The position numbers were made by a program, and so were the translations under genes. From positions 1 through 12,882 of the forward strand of contig JBHLRQ010000084.1 of NCBI GenBank assembly GCA_048882385.1: DNA of 12,882 nt, in the 5' to 3' direction. Positions 1-7,340 of this stretch are shown piece after piece. Positions within the stretch are counted from its first letter, which is position 1. Each line of letters begins with the position of its first letter. This stretch comes from Candidatus Thorarchaeota archaeon (GTDB taxonomy: Archaea > Asgardarchaeota > Thorarchaeia > Thorarchaeales > Thorarchaeaceae). A model generated the notes under the pieces. It ran no database searches and was not told the origin of the DNA. It saw nothing but the letters and a program-made list of their open reading frames with translations.

Positions 1-501
1 TTTAGGCAACGAGCACCCAATGTCTATGAGGGCCATCCATTCATTGTTGAAACTGGTGTTGCATATGGAGGCGGGCTAGGTTCAGGTGTTAAGATATTCA
101 GATTCGCAAACCGCATTCCACTCTTATATGATGAAAGGTCGGATGTAGCGTATAGAGTTGTAAGAGACCTCAATCTCAAACATTACGGACTGAAACAAGA
201 TGATCCAATTGCGTTTGTTGTTCATGTCTGCTCAACCAAAATCCCATACAAGACTGTGGGTAAGGAATACATCGCAGATGTAGATATTGTCCGAAGAGAG
301 ATTGAACTAGGCTTTAAGGACTGTTTACGTGAATTGAGTGAAAAAGTTCGAAAACGTGATAGAATACACAAACAACGTAAGAGAGAGAACAAGCTATGGA
401 GTTACTATCAGTTTATGTCAGAAACACTAACAACAGTATTGGATAGGGAAATTTCTCTTGACAGCCTTTTTCCATCAAAGGGAGATAATGAACATGAGTA
501 A
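1..501 (+). CDS. top6B: DNA topoisomerase VI subunit B, C-terminal transducer/stalk part (5'-truncated by window edge)
   Basis: Frame 1 is open from base 1: FRQRAPNVYEGHPFIVETGVAYGG...IFRFANRIPLLYDERSDV...VHVCSTKIPYKTVGKEYIAD...EIELGFKDCLRELS. These are hallmark Top6B transducer motifs (GHPFIVE, RFANRIPLL, STKxPxxxxGKE). The ORF-track start at 256 is internal. Stop TAA at 499-501. Confidence 0.95.
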   Translation, partial: FRQRAPNVYEGHPFIVETGVAYGGGLGSGVKIFRFANRIPLLYDERSDVAYRVVRDLNLKHYGLKQDDPIAFVVHVCSTKIPYKTVGKEYIADVDIVRREIELGFKDCLRELSEKVRKRDRIHKQRKRENKLWSYYQFMSETLTTVLDREISLDSLFPSKGDNEHE

Positions 502-1624
502 TTCCAACACCGAAGTACTTGATCTCATCGATACCGTACTTGAAACCATAGGCGAAACCATTGATGATGGAGAGTTTCCAGAGATCGGATATTTTGGGTC
601 ATCAAAGAAGAATGTGAAGTATTCCGACTCTCAAGGATACATTCCCATAGAAGATACTCCTTCATTCATTGATGGAAGAAAAGTAGAGAGCGCCAAGACA
701 ATATCGGCGCTAGTGTACGGACTTACTCGATTCAAAGAACACCTTGAACAGAAGATGTCAATGAGCTTGAGAGACTTCTACTACATGCACAAGGTGAAAC
801 ATGTTCAACAAGTCTTGAAGATATCAAATCAGACCGAAACAAACCGATTGATCAACCTTTGTGAGAGAATCATAAAGCACAAAGGATCTTCGGTCCCACG
901 AGAGGAGTTTGGCGTAGTAAGTTCACCAAAAGGAACATTCTATGGTGACGTCACACTCTCAGACCTCTCAGGTAAGAGGTTGAATTGTAATGCATCTGGT
1001 GAGTACGGATGGTTTATTTCATCACGACCATTTGACGTTCAGATTCATGACATCAATATCAATGCAGCAGTATTCGTAGAAAAGGAAGCAATGGCAAGGA
1101 ACCTCATTGAACTCGGACTTCCTGAAAAGATGCATATCGGGGTAGGGTCTCTTTTTGGGCAGCCAGGAAGGAATATGAGAGCCTGGATACGTAGACTTTC
1201 TGACAACGAAATACCAATTCTGGTTCTTGCGGATATGTCCCCATGGTCATTGCGTATCTTCTCCACGATAAAGAATAACTCGATCGAGCTTTCTAACATC
1301 AAAGGACTGGCTACACCAAAGGCCAAACTGATCGGCCTCACAACAAGAGATTTCTGGCGAAGTAATGGAATGCTTCAAGACATAGAACATTCACTTGAAA
1401 AAATGAGCACATCAGATATCAAGTGTGCGCGCCAGAATCAAAATATACCTGCAATCAGTGAAGATGAAAACCTCAAAAAAGAGAATGATATGATGCTAAA
1501 GAAAAAGCGGAAAGGTGAGCTAGAAGCATTCAAAGCCTTTGGGCTACCACTTTCTCAGTTGAAACATCTATACATTAAATATCTAAAAGCCAAAGCAGCA
1601 TCTTTCGATGTGAAACTGATATAA
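494..1624 (+). CDS. top6A: DNA topoisomerase VI subunit A / Spo11 family, divergent
   Basis: SLRDFYY catalytic-Tyr motif (761-784), TOPRIM VFVEKE, GQPG..MRAWIRRL, LADMSPWS (degenerate DxDPxG) and C-terminal KGELEAF. Directly follows top6B. Start taken as ATG 494 (GGGAGA SD at 480-485, overlapping the top6B stop); ATG 488 or TTG 458 are alternatives. Confidence 0.92.
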   Translation: MSNSNTEVLDLIDTVLETIGETIDDGEFPEIGYFGSSKKNVKYSDSQGYIPIEDTPSFIDGRKVESAKTISALVYGLTRFKEHLEQKMSMSLRDFYYMHKVKHVQQVLKISNQTETNRLINLCERIIKHKGSSVPREEFGVVSSPKGTFYGDVTLSDLSGKRLNCNASGEYGWFISSRPFDVQIHDININAAVFVEKEAMARNLIELGLPEKMHIGVGSLFGQPGRNMRAWIRRLSDNEIPILVLADMSPWSLRIFSTIKNNSIELSNIKGLATPKAKLIGLTTRDFWRSNGMLQDIEHSLEKMSTSDIKCARQNQNIPAISEDENLKKENDMMLKKKRKGELEAFKAFGLPLSQLKHLYIKYLKAKAASFDVKLI

Positions 1625-1658
1625 AGCAGGTTGTGAATCAAAAGAATGAGGAGTCTTT

Positions 1659-2315
1659 ATGACAGATAGAGACAAGTTGCTAGAACTATTGAATGAATTT
1701 CAAAACTCGATTGTCAAACTCATGGATGAGAGAGATAAGTTAAGTTCAGATAGGGAAGAACTCAGTTCAGCAAAAGAAGAAGCTGAAGAGAAAGCACTGG
1801 TTGCGGAGAAAAAGGTCAAGGAGCTTACTAACGACCTAGAAAAGACTGCAAATGACCTTGCTGCTGCAAATGAGGAGCTGACACAGCTGCAAACAAGAAC
1901 AGAAGAAGCTGAAGCTTCCAAGAGTGAAGCAGAGGAAACACTCCGAGCAGAGAGAGATGCTCTAAAGAAAGAAATGGATGAAATTAATGAACAGCTAGGT
2001 AGAGTTTCGGAACTCTACCGTGAAGCATCGGCAGAAAAAGAAGCGCTTCAAGAAAAAGTAGATGTCAGTGATCTGCTTGCAATCTACATTACATTGATTG
2101 AAACTGTGTTCTACGGTAAACCTCACGCAAGAATCTTGTATACATTACATGATGTTAAATCGGCAATTACAAGGAGGAACATTGCATCGAGCACAGGAAT
2201 TCAACCAGCAGCTGTCCTAAAGGCTGTTCATGACTTGGCAAACGCAGATCTTGTTTCATACGATGAAGAGAGTCAAGAGGTCAATCTCACCAAGGACATC
2301 CTTAGGAGATCCTAA
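1659..2315 (+). CDS. Coiled-coil protein with C-terminal winged helix-turn-helix domain
   Basis: About 135 aa of E/K/A/L-rich heptad pattern, then PHARILYTLH..AITRRNIASSTGIQPAAVLKAVHDLANADLVSYDEESQEVNL (wHTH pattern). GAGGAG SD at 1648-1653. Confidence 0.8.
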   Translation: MTDRDKLLELLNEFQNSIVKLMDERDKLSSDREELSSAKEEAEEKALVAEKKVKELTNDLEKTANDLAAANEELTQLQTRTEEAEASKSEAEETLRAERDALKKEMDEINEQLGRVSELYREASAEKEALQEKVDVSDLLAIYITLIETVFYGKPHARILYTLHDVKSAITRRNIASSTGIQPAAVLKAVHDLANADLVSYDEESQEVNLTKDILRRS

Positions 2316-2341
2316 TTCATAAAATCTGAGAGAGACGACAA

Positions 2342-3346
2342 TTGGCTAAGAAAGCAACCATTGGAACCGCACTGAAGAAACATGTGCGAAAATATACACT
2401 GACAGACAAACTCCAATCGATAACATCTCTTCTTGGCGAAGATTATCAAAATGTGATTGATTGGGCCTATGAAGAAGCTAAACGAAGAATAAAAGAAAAT
2501 CCAGAAGAGAAAGAGAGTGATCTCGGGAGGATTGTCTTTGATCTTATTGGAAATGAAGCAGCAATTATTCTTGTAAAGCAGAATCATGCAAAGGGCCGTT
2601 TGACCACGAAGAGTGAAATCAAAGCAAAGACAGGGCAAAAGGTCGAGATGCCAGTGCTCTATCGGGAAGCTGGTTTTAGACATCCTCAAGAAGCTAGAAA
2701 TCTTAGACATAATCTCTTCCACGAAGCTTTCCATGCTTTGATAATGCATCTGTTCCCTGATGTTACAACATCGGTACCATCGACTGGAGAAGGACTTACA
2801 CCAGATCTAATGGTAGAGCATAAGGATCCTGATTGGACAATATCAGTCGAATACAAAGGATATCGGTCAATAACACTATTGAGTGAATCTGAATTTCTCA
2901 AAGGAATGAGGTACCAAGCTGCATATGGTACTGCATGGCTTGTTACATCATCTGTGAAGAGCGTGAAGGATATTTATGCAAAGACAATTCATTCCAAAGA
3001 GGTAGTTGAAAGAGGGATTGAAAGACTGAGGAGGATTTACAAAAGACGAGCATATACCAGCGAACAGAGAGAGAATAGGGGAATAGCAAGGAAAGGAATC
3101 ACTCACCTCGAAAAACAGAAAGATTTGGATATGAAATGTAGACTCTGGTCAGCAAAAGAGCTTCTTGATTCGATGAAGGTCGGCAAACCCGTGAAAGGTC
3201 TCATTATTACTACTGGATTCGAATTCATTGAACTACTCAGAGAATCAGGTTTGGATGACCAAGCAGATAATGTACTGCGTGTAATGAAGCTACCAACAAC
3301 CTCACTACATAGTGATAGTGTGACTTCAGTCCGATTAATTGGATGA
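2342..3346 (+). CDS. Uncharacterised protein with restriction-endonuclease-like PD-(D/E)xK (Mrr-like) domain
   Basis: 334-aa ORF with TTG start. Motif order FHE...TPDLMVEH...ISVEYKG...ESEFLKGMRY...AWLVTSS matches the PD-(D/E)xK / Mrr_cat core. Confidence 0.6.
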   Translation: MAKKATIGTALKKHVRKYTLTDKLQSITSLLGEDYQNVIDWAYEEAKRRIKENPEEKESDLGRIVFDLIGNEAAIILVKQNHAKGRLTTKSEIKAKTGQKVEMPVLYREAGFRHPQEARNLRHNLFHEAFHALIMHLFPDVTTSVPSTGEGLTPDLMVEHKDPDWTISVEYKGYRSITLLSESEFLKGMRYQAAYGTAWLVTSSVKSVKDIYAKTIHSKEVVERGIERLRRIYKRRAYTSEQRENRGIARKGITHLEKQKDLDMKCRLWSAKELLDSMKVGKPVKGLIITTGFEFIELLRESGLDDQADNVLRVMKLPTTSLHSDSVTSVRLIG

Positions 3347-3381
3347 AAATATGAAAAAATGGTGCTTTGCCGCAATGCTGC

Positions 3382-3401
3382 CAAGCTTTATGTATAGCTT
3401 G
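3382..3401 (+). promoter_or_regulatory. Putative TATA box (TTTATGTA) flanked by an inverted repeat, upstream of the roadblock gene
   Basis: CAAGCT-TTATGTAT-AGCTTG lies in a 120-bp intergenic gap. The same TTTATGTAT core recurs on the minus strand at 10434-10442. Confidence 0.35.
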
Positions 3402-3466
3402 CGTGAATTCTGAGATGCTCCTGTTCTATACAGGACAGTATTAGAACGATTCGAGGGAATTGACAT

Positions 3467-3859
3467 TTGGAAAACCAAAGCATTATGAAATTGCAAGAGC
3501 ACTTGGGAGATCTTCTCAGAGAATTATCAAACAGGTCTCCAATTCTAGGGTCCGCTGTTTTCTCCGTAGAAGGCCTTCCTTTAGTCAGTCGATTTCATGG
3601 GGGTACTGAAGAAGCATCGGTTGCAGCTATTGTTGCAGCAATCCATGCAGCGGGAGAACAGACGGTCAAAGAACTTCGGCAGGGGGAGCTAAAATCGATC
3701 ATTATTCAGGGCGATCTTGGTACGACACTGGTGATATCGATTTCAACAGACTACCTTCTTACTGTCACCGCTCCAGATAATGCCAAACTTGGTCTCATCT
3801 TTGGAGATGCTAAGAAAGCAGCTCGGGATGCCCGTAAAATTCTCCATAAGGCAATTTGA
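3467..3859 (+). CDS. Roadblock/LC7 (MglB/LAMTOR-like) domain protein
   Basis: GSAVFSVEGLPLVS...VAAIVAAIHAAGEQTVKELRQGELKSIIIQGDLGTTLV...LLTVTA...AKLGLIF is the classic Robl_LC7 pattern. Start is TTG 3467 or ATG 3485. Confidence 0.92.
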   Translation: MENQSIMKLQEHLGDLLRELSNRSPILGSAVFSVEGLPLVSRFHGGTEEASVAAIVAAIHAAGEQTVKELRQGELKSIIIQGDLGTTLVISISTDYLLTVTAPDNAKLGLIFGDAKKAARDARKILHKAI

Positions 3860-3865
3860 TTGAAA

Positions 3866-4696
3866 ATGGCAATTCTTGACGAATCTCCCTACAATAATCA
3901 TCCATGCTTTTCAAATAAAAGAGAGAATTTGTGGCACCGAATTCACTTACCTGTTGCGCAAAAATGCAACGTCAAATGTATATTCTGTTCCCCCTCAGTT
4001 GGTTCTTCTTGTCACACCTCAAAACCTGGTTATGCAGCCCGTTTAATGCCGCCACAAGAGGCAGTTGAACGAGTTATATTGGAAATCCAAAAGAATCCAC
4101 AACTTAGAATTGTTGCAGTTTCAGGACCAGGTGAACCTCTTGCAAATATTGAAACCTTTGAAACATTGGAAAGAGTGCATAAATTCAGAAAAGATATCCA
4201 TTTGTGTTTAAGTACCAACGGCACGTTATTAGCAGACCACGTTCAGTGGCTTGTAGATGTTGGATTCAAAACTTTGACCGTATCCATGAGTACATCAAGT
4301 GCAGAAACTGCTTCGAAGATATATGAGTGGGCTGTTTTTGGCGGAAGAAAATATAGCGGTATTCAGATGGGATCTAAAGTGGTTGAAGAACAATTACGTG
4401 GTATCTCCAAAGCAGCTCATGCTGGCTTACGCGTAAAAGTTAATTCAATCTTGATTCCAACAATTAATGAACAAGATATAATTCCGTTAGCTAAGAAAAT
4501 TGCCAAGTTAGGAGCGTCACTTCAAAACATCATACCTCTAGTTCCCAATGCAGGCCTAGCAAACTTCAATCCTCCAAGGAATTCGGAGCTTGCTGGATTA
4601 AGAAATGAAGCCGAGAAATTCATCGACCAATTTCGCCATTGTAGGCAATGCAGAAGTGATGTTGTAGGAATTCCTGGATGCGATGTTGTTCTCTGA
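3866..4696 (+). CDS. NifB-like radical SAM protein (stand-alone SAM domain, non-canonical)
   Basis: HPCF, RIHLPVAQKCNVKCIFC (CxxxCxxC), SGPGEPLAN, CLSTNG, VKVNSILIP and CRQCRSDVVG are NifB family signatures. No NifX-like domain. Start is ATG 3866 or TTG 3860. Confidence 0.85.
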   Translation: MAILDESPYNNHPCFSNKRENLWHRIHLPVAQKCNVKCIFCSPSVGSSCHTSKPGYAARLMPPQEAVERVILEIQKNPQLRIVAVSGPGEPLANIETFETLERVHKFRKDIHLCLSTNGTLLADHVQWLVDVGFKTLTVSMSTSSAETASKIYEWAVFGGRKYSGIQMGSKVVEEQLRGISKAAHAGLRVKVNSILIPTINEQDIIPLAKKIAKLGASLQNIIPLVPNAGLANFNPPRNSELAGLRNEAEKFIDQFRHCRQCRSDVVGIPGCDVVL

Positions 4697-4701
4697 TTGA
4701 T

Positions 4702-5520
4702 TTACTGAATGGTTAGACAACCTTCCTCAACAAGTTTATTGATAATGAACCACATTGCACGAGGATCATACGGAAGTGCATCCAAAACTTCTCTAACTTT
4801 CTTTGTACCATCAAAGGCTTCAATAATAGCCTCAAGCGGTTTTCCATATTGCGCTTTCAACATATCAAGAGGTATTTCAGGACAGTCTGAGCGAATCAGT
4901 ATATTCTCATCTGTCAATCTCTTTTTGAAATCAATCCATTGATACCTTGTCAAGATCGAAATTAGTGCTAAGACTTTTTCATCTGAAAATCCAATGAGGT
5001 CCATAATCTCAGCAACTGTTCGTTTTCCGTTTATGAAAGACTCAACTTGTTCGAGATCGTGGTCAACAATTCCAACTCTAAATGGAATACGAACTCCTTT
5101 TGTCCGTTTTATTGGCACAAGGTCAAGATCTGTTGAGGAGAACGGGAATTCTTGAACAACAGTTAGGGCGGATTCTCTGAATCGCCTGACATCACCTTCA
5201 AAATGGCGAAGTTTATCACCATGATCAATCTCTACTTGACTTAGAATGCGTTTGAGCTTTTCACGATAGGGAGTTTCATCAGCAACAGGATCAACAACGA
5301 GAAGAACCAAAACGCTTTCCCCGACTTCTATCAAGATGTCATAAGCTGCCTTCCGTATAGTTCGGATAGGAGTTTTAGCGAAGATAATCACCGCAGTTAC
5401 AAATCCAGCTATCAGGTCAGGATCAACTGTAAGCTCAGCATAAGGGATGTTTAGAACCGACTCTCCACCTTCCATCCGAATCAATGAAATATATCGAACC
5501 TTGGAAACATCAAGAGCCAT
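4702..5520 (-). CDS. Longin-like domain + tandem winged-helix protein (NPRL2/NPRL3-like architecture), paralog B
   Basis: N-terminal VRYISLIRMEGGESVL...DPDLIAGFVTAVIIFA...VLVLLVVD...YREKLKRI...FEGDVRRF (longin pattern), then DLVP, FINGKRTVAEI...LISILTRYQWI, and a second repeat FDGTKKVREV...IINKLVEEGCL. Confidence 0.7.
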   Translation of the reverse strand: MALDVSKVRYISLIRMEGGESVLNIPYAELTVDPDLIAGFVTAVIIFAKTPIRTIRKAAYDILIEVGESVLVLLVVDPVADETPYREKLKRILSQVEIDHGDKLRHFEGDVRRFRESALTVVQEFPFSSTDLDLVPIKRTKGVRIPFRVGIVDHDLEQVESFINGKRTVAEIMDLIGFSDEKVLALISILTRYQWIDFKKRLTDENILIRSDCPEIPLDMLKAQYGKPLEAIIEAFDGTKKVREVLDALPYDPRAMWFIINKLVEEGCLTIQ

Positions 5521-5523
5521 GGT

Positions 5524-6402
5524 CTATACCTCCACATCCTTGGCAGACGCAGATTCTTCTGAGTCTTTGTAACTCAAAACTCCTGCATCGATTAAATTGT
5601 TGGCCACAAGTCGAACTGCTTCCATGTTATAAGGCAGTTGTTCGCAGATTTCAGCTAAGGTTCTTGTTCCATCAATTTGTTGAACTAATTTTGTAAGCTG
5701 TTCGCCATAAACTCCTAACAAGAACAGAGGTGGATCCATGATCTTGACTAGTATAGAATCATCCTGCAATCGTCGTGTAAAAGTAATCCATTTGTATTTA
5801 TCAAGCATTGAGAGTATTGCAATGACCTCTGCGTCATCAAATCCTGATTGTTTCATTATATCCTCTATGGTTCGCTTTCCATTTATGAATCCCACAATTG
5901 TTTGCAATTTCTCATCTGTTTCGCCGACCGACCAAGGTATGTTTGCATGATGATCTGGAGTGGCTTCAGATTTTGTGACCAATTTGGGAATCATCTCCAA
6001 GTCAAATGTTCTATAGGGATAGACCGTTAGGATATCCAGAGCAAATTCTCGGAATGGACGAATGTCACCCTTCCAGGACTGGAGAAGTGGTTCTAGTTTT
6101 GTTTCAAAATGTTCTACAATCTTGATCAAGTTATTCCGAAACGGTGTATCATCTTCTACTTTGTCAACGATGAGAAGGCCAACCACGTATTTGCCTTCTT
6201 CAATCACAACAACGTAACCTTCTTTGGTGAATGTTTTCAGCTGCCTGTTTTCAAAAATGATTACTGCAAGTACAAAGCTGGCGACCAAATCAGGATCCAC
6301 AGACATAGCTCTGTATGGAATACCAATAATTGGTTCTCCCCCTTCTTTCCTAACGAGAGAGAGATAGCGGACCTCTGCTTTGACCTCAGCTGATTCGTTC
6401 AC
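5524..6402 (-). CDS. Longin-like domain + tandem winged-helix protein (NPRL2/NPRL3-like architecture), paralog A
   Basis: Aligns by eye over its full length with 4702-5520 (VRYLSLVRKEGGE, VDPDLVASFVLAVIIF, WKGDIRPFREFAL, FINGKRT, IDGTRTLAEICEQLPY). GTG start; 3 nt from the downstream paralog. Confidence 0.7.
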   Translation of the reverse strand: MNESAEVKAEVRYLSLVRKEGGEPIIGIPYRAMSVDPDLVASFVLAVIIFENRQLKTFTKEGYVVVIEEGKYVVGLLIVDKVEDDTPFRNNLIKIVEHFETKLEPLLQSWKGDIRPFREFALDILTVYPYRTFDLEMIPKLVTKSEATPDHHANIPWSVGETDEKLQTIVGFINGKRTIEDIMKQSGFDDAEVIAILSMLDKYKWITFTRRLQDDSILVKIMDPPLFLLGVYGEQLTKLVQQIDGTRTLAEICEQLPYNMEAVRLVANNLIDAGVLSYKDSEESASAKDVEV

Positions 6403-6436
6403 AATTTACGTCAGAAATCTTGCCCTAAATAAGTTG

Positions 6437-7330
6437 TCAGCAGAAATCCAACAGGCCAGTTTGTGTTACCACCGTAATATCTCCATCATAGTCTAAGCTA
6501 TATCCAATAACCTGCTTCAAGTCTGCAACGGTAAATGCACTACTCAAGTTAGTAACGAGGAGTGACCCCTTCATTCCAACAACTTCCCCAATCAAAGGAC
6601 GGCCATCAATTTTCTCAGTTCTAAGTTTCCATGGATTCGGTTGAGTATCAACTCTTGTGAGTGGATAATAATTCGACAGGTCTTCCAACTTTACATTTGT
6701 GACAAACTCACTACTCTCGAAATCAAGTAAGAAGTCATCAACCATGGACTGAGCTGTTTCAATATCTAGCCTGTTCAAGAGACCTCGAATCTTTCTCTCC
6801 CCTCTTACTTGTTTTGCTACTTTTGGATTCTTTCCCAGACGATCTTCAATTCGTCGAGCTTCTAGCCCACCTTGTATTAGATGAAGAATTCCACCAAAAT
6901 CAGCCCCCTGTTCAACCCATCTTATTCTTACACGTTTTTCAGATGAAACGCCAACTTTCAATGTTTCATCATTGAACACTACAATATACACTGCATACCT
7001 TGTATCGTTGCACTGTGTCTTTCTTTCATTTGTTGCTAGACATGTCCGACCATCACATCGAATACATGGATCGACAAAATCCATAGCAGAACAGGGTCCA
7101 CAGCGTATCATCCCACGTTGTAAGATAACAGATTCTTCAGGACATTTGATTGATTCGAGAGACGAATTAACACTTCCAACGCATCGACGGGGACCACGAA
7201 AGATCCAAGACAGTTTATCTCCAGGACTAATGGGAATGAACTTAGGAATGTCATTTTCATTCCAGACTCTAAGACCAGACTTGAATGTTCCATCCTCCTG
7301 ATGTTTCCACGATATTCCCAAGACTTGCAT
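6437..7330 (-). CDS. DUF2797-like protein (Cys-rich region + GIY-YIG-like region, C-terminal PIP-box-like motif)
   Basis: RRCVG...CP...CGPC...CIRCDGRTC...C, YAVYIV..LKVGVS...RWVEQGA, EARRIE and GEVVGMKGSLL are typical of DUF2797. The probable start is ATG 7330 (MQVLG), 10 nt after the upstream stop, rather than 7387. Confidence 0.78.
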   Translation of the reverse strand: MQVLGISWKHQEDGTFKSGLRVWNENDIPKFIPISPGDKLSWIFRGPRRCVGSVNSSLESIKCPEESVILQRGMIRCGPCSAMDFVDPCIRCDGRTCLATNERKTQCNDTRYAVYIVVFNDETLKVGVSSEKRVRIRWVEQGADFGGILHLIQGGLEARRIEDRLGKNPKVAKQVRGERKIRGLLNRLDIETAQSMVDDFLLDFESSEFVTNVKLEDLSNYYPLTRVDTQPNPWKLRTEKIDGRPLIGEVVGMKGSLLVTNLSSAFTVADLKQVIGYSLDYDGDITVVTQTGLLDFC

Positions 7331-7340
7331 ATCATTGGCC

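Noticed and set aside
2720-2734. HExxH (HEAFH) as a zinc metalloprotease site
   Set aside because: It lies in the helix just before the PD...ExK strands, where nucleases of this fold normally carry an acidic residue. No other zincin features are visible.
3866-4696. Evidence for nitrogen fixation (gene symbol nifB)
   Set aside because: Several NifB fingerprint motifs are altered and no nitrogenase genes are adjacent, so it is left as NifB-like.
6425-6442. DUF2797 ending Cys-TGA as a possible Cys-Sec selenoprotein tail
   Set aside because: Read-through would add only QLI, no SECIS-like structure is recognisable downstream, and the terminus is better explained as a PIP-like motif.
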